A stretch of 64,000 bases of DNA from the NCBI RefSeq assembly GCF_032191835.1, contig NC_083237.1:10664001-10728000 (forward strand), given 5' to 3'. Positions 1 through 11,700 of the stretch are shown here, one piece after another. The position numbers and the translations under genes were made by a program. The number at the start of each line of letters is the position of its first letter. Within the stretch, counting starts at the first letter, position 1. The stretch is from Heteronotia binoei (Eukaryota). Below the pieces are notes generated by a model. That model was not told the DNA's origin. It ran no database searches and worked only from the letters and a program-made list of their open reading frames with translations.

Positions 1-360
1 CTGTAGCAGCTGCTAGGTTTAGCCCTGGTAAGCCCTCCCTCAAAGGCCAAAATAAATATAGATATAAGCCTGCTGAATAAAAGCACCTCTGGATATGTCC
101 TTATGCTCCACTGTCTTTTATTGACCCCCACTATGTATTAAACTGACTATAATATTGTGGTTGCTTAGCAAAAGTAACAGATAATTTGTTTCTTAAAGCT
201 ACATGATCTGCTTCTAATATTTGGGGTGTTATGTCCCTCAGTGTTTGGGGTGTTTTTTTTTGGGGGGGGGGGGTTAAACCATGATGTTTCTCATGTTTGT
301 AGAAAGTTCCCTCTTATCCAAAGATTGGAGTCGCCCACCAAAATACCCTTTCAACCATAC

Positions 361-3300
361 TTGGCTCATATTCCTTGGCCACGAAATCATTTCCTTTTGA
401 ATGATGAATTCTTGTCTTTCAAGAGCATTGGGATCCACTCTTCCAACTTTCACTTGAAGAAAGGACTTGTTTGGGAAGGTGATGAAGTTTGTTATGTCAA
501 ATCCAGTTCCCATTTCTCTCTTTGCATTAAAAGACATGGCTTCTCCTTCTGAGTTATTAAACACAATGCGTTGAAGGACTGGATGGAGCTGGTTGAAACC
601 AACGGGGAGAAGAATGTCATTTATAACTATATACAGGCAGAACATTTAGAAGGAAATTCAGTTCTCCTTCCTCCCAGATATCAACCAACATCTGGTCAAC
701 AGTGGTTCAGAATGGACCAAGCTAGGTATTGTCTTCCATCCATTGATGGAAACAGAGGCATTGTTATGGTGGAGAGATTACCTGCCAAGGCTGAATATCT
801 GGAAATTCAATGTTTTTCCTTCGTGGAATTGCTCTGTAGATGGATCTCGATGAGTACATGGCATGCAATGCATATGCCACAGCATTGACGGCATTATATA
901 TGCTATAGCTATAACCACTCATGTCCATTTCAAAAACTGCACTAGGGAGATTCACTAGCCTCTCCTCCCCAGTACATGTATCCGGGATCTCCATTGCATT
1001 CTGGGGATGCTGAAGTGTACAATCAAATGCTTGTTCCCAAAAGGTCTTTAGAAAACAATCTAATATTTTCCAGTTAGGATTTATGTTCTGAAGAAATTTC
1101 TGAAATCCAGCTACTTCATTTGAGTGAGCTGTGAAGGAAATTGCACCATCAAAGTATTGGAAGTCCCAGTGCTTTTGACTGCCTACTAATGCAAAATCAA
1201 CCTGGCCTGTCAGAATCCACACCTTTCTGTAGGAGGCATTTTCTTTATATCCAGGATCTCCTAGGAGCATATGAGTGATAAATACCATAAAGGTTCTTGA
1301 TTCTCCATAGAAGATATATGCATTGGCTTTGCTCTCTATGAAAGGTCGAAATATATTTGCGATTAACTCATTCACAGAACTTAAATTCTTCCAGACAAGA
1401 GTGTTTGGACATCTTTCAGTGATGGCTGAACAGATTCCATGTTTGGAAAGCAGTGGCTCCAGAGCTTTCAAGAAATGTTCTCCATTGTCATCATCCACAG
1501 CAAACAGCCCGACCCACATCCAGCCGAAATGCTGAAGCAGCCAGATAATTCCCATATACTGATGATCTTCATTTGAGACCATGCGGTAAAACGAATGGAA
1601 CTGTTTCGTATCCCTCTCCTCTGGGGCAAATGTACCGTATGTGAGCTAAAAGGAAAGTTCAGATATTCTACAATTAATTGTATGGGGTGTTGGCAAATCA
1701 AAGCCTCTTTGTGTAAGGAATACTTGCTGAAACAATTTGAGGATTTCATCAACAATAGAGTTACACTGAGTGAAAATTATAGCTGAAAAAACAATGTTCT
1801 TTTGACCACCACCACCCTCTTTGCCAAAATGAAGACACAATATAACAACATAATAAAAACAGATTTTATTAAAGTGACTGGTCTGCATTATCAATGTATC
1901 CTATGAAGTTTGAAGAACAGGTGGTATTAAGAATGTCAACTGCAACTTAGTGTAGACTTGGAGGTTTTGAGGAGGTGCTTGTTGAAGGTGTGGGTTGAGG
2001 ACCAAAAAGAGCTCAGCAGGAATGTAATGTAGATAACGCGAAACCACACCTGGAGGCTAGAAACCTTGAACTGTAACAAAGGCACTCCATTGGCTTTCAT
2101 TATTTGGGGCAACTTCATTGTGGCTTCTGATTTGGCTGGAATGACCACAAACTTAGTTTATTGCAGCCTAAAACTCAAAACCTAATGCCATTCAAGTTTT
2201 AAAAAAAGAGGTATGGTTGATGCCACAAACAATTCTGCCAATCCAGCTAATGAAGGATTGGATTAGAAACAGCCCTTCATCCATTGATGATTCAAGGTGT
2301 TCATCAGTTATTCCTATTTGGATTCTAGCCATACCCCACTTGGGTCCTTCCGAATGAATGCCTTAAAGAGTTTCCCAATTAATGGCATAACCACCTCGGT
2401 GGGGAGGGCGGGCTATAAATTGAATTAAACATAAGCATAAACAAACAAACATTGTAGAACTGGGATAGGGTTCCCAACCTTTTTGAATCTTTGGGCACAA
2501 CAGGAATTATATCCCATGGCCTGGACACCAGCCACCTTCACTAGTAAATTCTCACGCCTCATTTGAAGCAGAGAATCTGGGACAACAGCGTCCCTAGCTT
2601 CACTGGATCCATGAATGATCTTAGAAATTGTTATGGGAAGGAAACTCCTAGAAGTACTATATCCTAACTTCTACTTCCTGATACTTCTTGCTCATCTGAG
2701 GTAACCAGCTTTATTGTTTGCACTTTTGCAAATCACACAATTTTGATTTTGCTGTTTGTTATGCCTCTCCCTTCTTCATCGAAATTAAAAAAAAATGTGA
2801 AAAATCACACTGCAAAGTATGTATCCTACCTGTGGAATCTTATAAAGACTGAAGATATCTGCCATTTGAAAGGAGGTATCAGAGGAAAGCCCCCCAATGA
2901 CAGCCATCAGGTTTTTATGAGTGTCACACATATAATTGGGGAAGCTTCGATGTATCTTGAAGATGAGGTCCAAAGAGTTACGATAGGTCACTCTCGCATC
3001 ATAATAGCTATCAGTGATGTGGAATCCAAGTGTGATATTGGGTAAGATCTGGGTATTATCATTGATCTCACTGATGGCGAATTCCAAGGCCAGGACATGC
3101 TGGTACAACTTAGTCACGACACTATGGATAGGCAGGTATTATTTCATACCATACTTCTGTAACGCACCACATTTTATCATACTATTGATTGTTTTGTCTC
3201 TGACTAAATTAGTTTGATAAAAGGCTATCTTTCAATATATTTTTTTCTGATTTTTTCCTAAGATAGTAAAGATTATTTACATGAAATTACTTTGGGCTTA

Positions 3301-6052
3301 TCTAGAACTTGCTGCTCTATGAACTTCTCTAGGAAAGGAAAACAGGAAAAACTGTATTTTGCCAACTCAAAGCAGTGAATGAGAAAAGAATGGAAGAAGT
3401 TAAATGGGTGGGAAAGTAGAACCAAGGAAAAGTAGAACAGAAATCAGGTGCATGTGAAAATCTTACAGCAAAGGAAGGAGTTTTGCTAAAGGATTCTTAT
3501 TTTTAATAAGGCTTATTTTTAATTCAGTAAAGAAATGGTTTTATTGCATTCCAGTATGTTATAAACGGCTGGCAATCTTAATCAAAACTTCTTCTGCATT
3601 CCACTTCAATTCCTATGCCTTGATTTTGATCATCGGTGTTATTGGTGTTTGCCATCAAGTCACAGCTGATTTGTGGTGACACCATAGAGTTTCCAAAGCA
3701 GGAGATGTTCTGAGGGGGTTTGCCATTGCCTGTCTCCATATTGTGGCTCTGGTGTACTTTGGTGGTCTTCCATCCAAACTCTACCCCGGGCCAATCCTGC
3801 TAAACTTCCAAGATCTGTCAAGATAGGGCTAACCTGGGCTATCCAGGTAGGGGCTATCAGCAATAATGCTCATAAGCTTATAGGTACTGAAAGAATCTGT
3901 TTCCTCAATATTGTGCTCATATTTGAGCTGCTGCTAACAGATTACTGATTAGATTTCACATTTCTGGCTTGAACTGCTGAAAGGTAAGGCCTCAAAAGGG
4001 GAAGTTTAAAAAAAGTCCCCCTTTTTTAGAACTTTGAATACATTTTGCCAGTGTTTCTTTTCACTACAGGACAACACCATATAACAAAAAGAACCTTTCT
4101 TAATTTAACAGCTCTGACATCTTTGAGAAGTGTTATTTCCTGTCTTTGCAATACTTTCTGGTGTAAGATATCATCTACACATTAGATATTTCTCATTTTT
4201 ATATCTAACATACATTTCTTAATATCTTTACACAAAAAGTACCATTCCTTCTTTTGGATGCTAATCAATATATCTTCCCTCCCCACCAGGGCTTTCATCT
4301 GCATGCATTAAGAATCTATGTTGATACATAGAGAGACTAGACAATAATTTTAACAGCTTTTCTGGTTCACTAAGAAACGTTCCCCACGCCTTTTTAAAGA
4401 CTAAAATTATTTCATTTGTGGCTATTTAATAAGTATAAATCCTCACTTTTCAAGTTATTGATATTTCAGAAGATATTTCAGAAGATATATCAGAAGATAT
4501 CCTGCTTGCTTTTTTTGTAGCTTCCATGTATGCCCAAAATCGTTGGTCTTTATCTATCAGTCCTATTAGTCCCAAATCCATTGAAGGTCTAGACACTCCT
4601 AGATCAACGGTCTGCCCAACGTATTTCACTGATAGATTCAGTGTACATACTGGTTCTAAACTAAATTGCTTCCCACTTGGAGACATAATATTATCTTTAA
4701 ATGTTACAGGACAGTGAAAACTTATTGCATAAAACCATTGGCCATTGCACTTGCAGCAATTTACAAGTTAAAAGCAGTCAGGGACTCTAAGATGAACATG
4801 TTAGATTATTCAAAATCTAAGTTACATGCAGCAGACCCATGATTCCATAATCAGGCTCAAATAGTCCAGTTAACAGCATCATTCTACTGTCTACTGGATA
4901 CTGCCTTTGCCCTGATTTTACTAGCAGCCAATGCAAAAAGTGCTACTTTATAAGAAACCTCAAAGTCAATATCTGATAATAGAAAGATTAACTTACCATA
5001 TCAGAGGCCAAATACAATTGTTTTATTATTTTTAAATGTTGAGCACTGCTATTTTGCCTTCTGGCCAAGATTTTTATGTTATCGTTGACAGAATTCTAAG
5101 TTCCTTATTACTCCAAATAGACTTATTAAATAAAAACGGTATCCTAGATAGCAAGAATTGATTTACAAGTAATGAATGATTCATAAATACCAAAAATATC
5201 TAGGTTGGGTACCTAAGCTGTCCTAACCAAACTGGCTTTTGAACAATCTCCCCCTCTCTTCTTTTCAGTGTGTGCGGATTTCTGTTAGTTACATCATTGT
5301 AGATGGTTGAAACTTATAGAGATATCAGATAAAGTGTACACTTCTTTGGTGCTTTTAAAATATTCTTTCCAACTGGTAGGGTTGCCAGATCCTCCCCCAC
5401 ACAATGAGAGATGGGGGGGGGGGTACGGTTTGCCAGAACCAAGTGGGAAAAATCCTGGACACTTGGGGATGGATACTGAGGAGGACAGGGTTCTCGGTGA
5501 GATACAGAGACAAAAGTCCACCCTCCAAAGCATCCATCTTCACCAGGGGAACTGACCACTGTAGTCTGGAGATCAGTTTACTTCTGGGGGATCCCCAGGT
5601 TCCAACTGGCATCTACCATCACCACTACTTCCACTGGTTCTGCTTTACAAAATACACATTATATTGTGGGAGAAGACATTCAACATACTTCGTAACAGAC
5701 AATAGTGAACATAAGCCACAAAATAATTGGAAGGGTAGGAAGGCAAGTCTGGGAGCACTTTCTTTGAGCATTCTGTCTATTCTATAAATAATACATGGGT
5801 TTTGTGATCTGAGCTCACAAAAAAAAGGGGTGTCATTCCTTACTTGGGGATCTCAAACAAGTCTGATGAAGGATTTTTCTTGAAGTTCAGGTCACAGAAC
5901 ACATAGCCAATGTGAGAAACAATCCCACCAAGGAGGAAGTTCCCTGGTTGGTACAACTCATGGAGGTCAGGGAGGGCATCTCTCATAGGGCATTTGTCTG
6001 ATTTGCTGGTCATGGAAGTCTGTAGAAGTGGCACGACCATGAATGCTACCAT
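361..6052 (-). CDS. Vmn2r: V2R copy A, vomeronasal type-2 receptor (class C GPCR); exons 1-4 only, exons 5-6 lie before the window start
   Basis: Exons 6052-5844 (209 nt, ATG in AAGATGG), 3121-2830 (292), 1645-782 (864), 588-361 (228); all AG/GT junctions in frame. V2R motifs [67 protein letters not shown]. Confidence 0.93.
3650..3852 (-). mobile_element. 5S rRNA-derived SINE with RTE/Sauria-type tail, intron 1 of A
   Basis: The reverse strand resembles 5S rRNA (GATCT..GAAG.TAAGCAGG..GGATGG.AGACC) followed by CAGGCAATGGCAAACC...CAGCTGTGACTTGATGGCA. Confidence 0.72.
5377..5615. mobile_element. Non-autonomous DNA transposon/MITE with TAGGGTTGCCA terminus (paralogues about 17020-17256, 31557-31790, 54309-54540)
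   Basis: Left end TAGGGTTGCCAG, degenerate right end CTGGCATCTA; same intron-1 position in all four genes. Family assignment (hAT-like) is from memory. Confidence 0.55.
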
Positions 6053-8707
6053 CTTATGCCAAATTTTCTCTACAGATGCCGGTCCTCCTGGTCTCATCCT
6101 CAGTACTGGCTCAACCCAAACAGTATCTTGGCTTTGTTAATACCCTTTGGACAAAGAAGCACGTCCACCGTTCTTGCAGCATCAACTGGATAACAAAGGC
6201 CGCCTGAGTGCCAAATGAGTCTGCAAAAGCTTTGGTTTCTCTTCCACCTTATCAAAACAGAATTGGAGAGTTCAAACAGACAGAGCCCTTCCCCTGCTGA
6301 GCCTTTTCTCCAAGCTGTTAACGGTGAAGGAGTTTTTTATCATCACAGTCTGGCTGGATTACTACTGATTTTCCTAGCTTCTGTTGAAAATCTTCACTGT
6401 GGCCGCATGAACAGATTACAGTGATTTAGATAATTCATGAGGGAATAATTGCGACAGTGAGATTTGAGAGGTACCACAATTTGGTTTAATTGATTGTTCC
6501 AGATGTGACCCAAAGTTTCTTGTGCTTCTTCAGCAGGACATATGGTTAACCACCTGTGACTTGGGAAATGTCATGAAGAATTGGGGGGCGGGGATACTGT
6601 GGAGGTCGGGGGGTGGGGTGGAATACTGTGAGTAGCAGAAGGAACTCATTAAGGATATGAAGCCATAAGATCCACCCTCTAAAGATGCTATTTTCTCTAG
6701 GGCAACAGTCTGGATAACAGCTACAAGTTAGGGAGAACTTCACCCCATGTGTGGATCTTGTCAACCCCAATGGAGCAACTAGTAGGAGACGGTTTCGAGA
6801 TATCCATGGTGATCAAACACCATTCAGAAAGTTAAGCACCAAAACTATTTTACAGATGTTCCATTTTCATGTGCATAGTACCAGAGGAGATCCAGTCCTC
6901 AGCAGTTTAAAACAATATAAAACAGCAGGCCATTTTTAAACTGAGTGGATACTTTTATTTAAGACAATCATATGTACATTGCAGAGTAAGAATATGAAGG
7001 GGGTCTTGAAACATACCTTAAATAACTTTGTCAAAATAAGAGTAGTAAAAAAAAAATTAGTCATACACTTCAGATTCACTCCTACATTGATAGGGATATC
7101 TCCTTTTTAATTAATTTTGAGGTGTCACCCCCACAAGGATTAGCTTCTTAATTTGTCCCAGAACAGCAACTTATATTTATACGCTTTCAGACAGTTGCAT
7201 GAAATCCACCTGTTTAATTCACCCAGTATTTCCTGAGCATTCTCTCAAAACCAGCTCTAGCTGTATGATTGTATCATTCATTCAAAACATTTCTATACCG
7301 CCTTTCCACCTTTTCAGCGTCCCCAGGCCAGCAAACATTTTTTTTTTTAAAATCAAAACTTTTGAGCCTTTAAAATACATTTTAAGCTATCAAATATTTA
7401 ATAAAAACACATAAACAAATACCACTAGAATCAAGAAGAAGGGTCAGTGACCATTGTTGGAACTACAGAAAACAAACTGGAGAAGTCCTCACCTGCTGGT
7501 GAGAGACACTGACAAAGGGAGTCTGGTGAATCTTCCTGTGGGGAGGGAGTTCCAAAGTTTTCGTGCCATGATGGAGAAAACCCATTCAGTCTCAGATGGT
7601 CACGGATGCCAAAGCAGAGCCTCCAAAGATGACTGGTGCGTATGGGGCATTGTGAACCATCTTCCATAATAAAGAGGAATGGATAGGGTTTGATTGTCAA
7701 GAATTGTTTTGCAGTGTAGCCAGGGAAGGAAGTGAATGTACTCTTTCTTGTTCATGAGGAGACAATTGAGAACCGGCTTTGTGATGCTCCAATAAAGGAC
7801 AGAGGTCAGCTAGCAATTCTTCCATTTTATTTTTGGAAGATTGTGTATGTGTATGTGAGTCTGTGTGTGCATTTGTGTGTTTGCACCTGGAAGACATGGC
7901 AAACACTGGTGGTCCTGGAAGACCTATTGTGGCCCCGGAAGACATTCAGAGAAATGGCTGGATAAAGCCTCTCACCTCACACCTTCTGTTACTCCAAGAA
8001 GGTCTACTTGCCAGAGACAGCCCATTTAGCTTCCAAGATCTGACAAGATTGGACTTGCCTGGGTATCCAGGTCAGGGTTTAATTCTTCTCTTGACAATTG
8101 TTTTTTGCTGTTTCAACAATGGAGGTGGCAGAGTGGGGGCTGGGAGCCAGGGGGCGGGGCTTGTGTAAAGCGATCATAAGTCTATCCTACAAAATCATAT
8201 TTCTTCATAATCAAATATACCAGAGAAACTCAGACTCAGAAAAGCCATGAAGGATTCATTTCTAAAGATCACAACTGGTCATTTTAATGATGATGCCAAA
8301 CACCTGTGAATCATTAATGGCTAATGTTTACCAGTAAATCTCTCAGCAAATGAACCAATAGTTTCGTCATCTACCAGTAAATGTCAATACATGGCTTTTT
8401 AGAATTGTTCATATGAAAAGATGATCAAGAGAAATATAGGATAGTTGGCAACATTTGAGAAGCCATGTTCATCACAAAAACATAGGTGTTTTTTAAAAAA
8501 AAAAACCCAAATACTTATCAAAAAATTATCACTCATACTTAGCCATACACAGAATTTCTCTCCTCATATTCAGTCATATGAATCAGTCCAACATTGATTT
8601 GTGTTTATTTGAAGTCTGTTACCTAGCTGTAATTGAACAGTAGCCCAAATCAGATAAACTCCACTATCTTCCTTCATTACACACTGAATTCATTACACCA
8701 TGGAGCA

Positions 8708-11700
8708 CTAAATATTTCTCCTAATTAGCTGTTCCTTGTGATTCATTTGAGGTCTCAGCAGAATAATGTAACATTTTGGGAAAAAGATAAAGCATAGTAA
8801 CCCAGTACTGGAGGACAAGATGGAGAAGATCTCCACAGCTACCATGTATTTTCCTTTAGTGCTCAGGTAGGTTGGAACAAAAGACAACCAAACACTGAAA
8901 AATATCAGCATACTGAAGGTGATGAACTTGGCCTCATTGAAAGTGTCCGGCAAATTCCTAGCATGGAATGCAACCATCAAACTGAGAGTGGACAGAAGTC
9001 CCATGTAGCCTAGGATCACATAGAACATGGTGATAGACCCTGGATTGCACTGTATAACTATCTCTTCAGTCAAGGACTGTGCATCTAAATCTGGGAAAGG
9101 GGGGAGTGTTCCCAGCCACATCACACAAAACCCTGCTTGAAAAAGAGAGCAGGAAAGGACAATTGAATTGGTCAGTCTTCTCCCCACCCACTTTCTTATG
9201 CTGCTCCCTGGTTTGGTGGCCATAAAAGCTACAACCACAGTGATGGTTTTGGCCAACACACAAGAAACAGCCACTGAGAAGATGATGCCAAAAGCAGGTT
9301 GCTGGAGCCAGCAGATTAACTTTTTTGGTCTTCCAAGGAAAAGCAAAGAACAGAGGAAACAGAACAGAAGAGAAACGAGAAGTGTGTAGCTGAGATCTCG
9401 ATTGTTGGCTTTGACTATTGGGGTATCTTGGTATTTAATAAAAATTCCTAGAACCAACAGTGTGATTATAGATAAGGTAACAGCAGCAGAAGTCAAAGAG
9501 ATCCCTAAAGGTTCTTCATAAGTTAAGAAGTTTGTCATTTTGGAAATACATTGATCTTGATCCTTGCTTGGATACTGATTTTCCTGACATACAACACAGT
9601 CATCCATATCTGAAAGAATAAGAAAGAAAGAGGGGTCATCCCAGTGTCCATTCGCATATAACTTAGCACCAATTTCTCATGATTGCCTTCCAGGGGGGGC
9701 TGTGGGAGTTCTTTATACTTACTCCTCCAAGAAGGTTCCATATAAGGAGATGGCCATCTGAAAATGCATTCTGAGATTCTCTCGCAGTTTCATGTTGTTG
9801 TTTGTTATTGTTTTACAAGCAAATGGCTTGCAAAATTCCATTTCCCTTCTCCCTTGTAGGTTCCTGGACCCAACATGTGTGACCCATCGAGGTAATTACC
9901 AGTTCTTGAAAGAGCGACATGATGGGGGTAGACCTGGTAGGTGAGGTTTTCAGTGGCAGAATGGAGCTGAAAGCTATCCTACATGCTTTTAGTGTTAATC
10001 CACACTGAAGTCACCATCAACCTGGCCCATTGTACATTCTTCCCTCCCTGATTTCTTCCTGCTTCCTCAACTGCCCCATTTCTTTCTTCTTTCTATAGCC
10101 TGCTCAGTTGAACATACACCCATGCTTACATATTTCCAGAGATCACATTCATCAATTCATTCATTCATTGGTTCATTCTTTCATCCATTCATTCATAACA
10201 GTAGCACCAGTAGTTAGACAATGCAAGATACCAGGTGCAGGTTTCTTTCATGACCAAATCAAGACTACATTCTTCCGCGCATAGAGGATAAGATATGATT
10301 TGCGACAGATATGGCAGTCTTGAAGTGAATTGGTGAACTGGCAGTAAATAAAAACATTTGGATTGAGAAGACGTACTGCTGATCTAGAGCAGAAGTTGTC
10401 ATTCCTATAGGCAGGATGGAAGAGATGGTGGCCTTAGGTGTTAGTTAGATAAAAGGGTAACCATGCATCTAGCAAAATGGTGGATCTGAATCAATGTAGA
10501 ATGCTACTGCACTCTGTTACCTACCCACATGGTTTGAAATCTTCCCTTGTGCACATGGAGCACAATCGTAGCAGCAAAATTTCTTCCCTTCCTTCTTCCT
10601 CTTGTGATAGCCAGGCGGGCAGTAATCATTGCACAAGGAAAGGGGCACCCCCTGCTGCACTCAAAAGAGAAAGGTTGGGCAGAAGAAATTAGGTTCTTGA
10701 TCATTAATTGATATGGGAATAAACTACTAGACAGCTGCATTAGAAGCACAGGAGGATTCAGAGCATCTTGCAAGGCCTTCTCTCATCTCAACTGACCTCA
10801 TTTTTGCATGCTGTTGTCTGGTTGAGCAATAGTGGATGAATGGGAGGAAATAAACTTACTTCTTTCCCCCCATGCTTTCCCCCCATGCTTGAGCAGCATG
10901 AAATGTATCTGGCTGTGCCATACAAAGATGTTTTTGAAAATGTATCAAAAGTAGTTGACCTGCAAAGAGGGCATCTGGTCTCCCCTCCACCATAACTTCT
11001 TCCTTTGAAAGTATCTAAAGCCTTTTCCTTCCTCCTACTTCCCTTTCCACCCACCATAATGTTCTTTAGTTTCCCCTCCTTCTATCTTTCCTTGCAGCTG
11101 CTTCCTTAGAAAAGTCTGTCCAAATGATTGCAGTGCTGACCACTAGGGCCAATCTAGTAATATGTTGGGAATCTCCCAAGGACTTGCATAGAGCACTGTA
11201 TTATCCCCTGTATCTCCATCCCCACACTATTTCCTTTTTTACTTCCCTCTGGCAATCCCTGTTCCCTCACCTTTTCTTGCTTCCTTTTCTCCATTCAACC
11301 CACCAACTAGGTCTATCTACTCCCCTTTAGCTATATGTATTATCCATTCACTTCTTTTATGCTTCACTCCCCCCTCCCCTCCCCAGACTGGGAATCCAAA
11401 GCATCTAGTATCTTTCTTCTTTTTGTCATTTAATCCTCACAAGAATCTGGTGCAGTAGATTAGGCTGAATGTATTTGACAGGCCCAGGATCACAGAAAGT
11501 GCTTCCACAGCAAATCAGGGATTTATTTGAACCTGAGTATCCCAGATTTAATCTGATACTCTAATTGCTTTACTACATCAATTTTCATGGGGTTGTTGAT
11601 ATTGAAGAGTAGCAAACAGCCAGAACTGTAAATTGGGTGTTAGCAAGTTATTCTGTAGCAGCTGCTAGGTATAGCCCTGGTAAGCCCTCCCTCAAAGGCC

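Noticed and set aside
4458-4502. Triple CAGAAGATAT repeat in A intron 1
   Set aside because: Local 12-bp slippage duplication (single in B); no spacers, not CRISPR-like.
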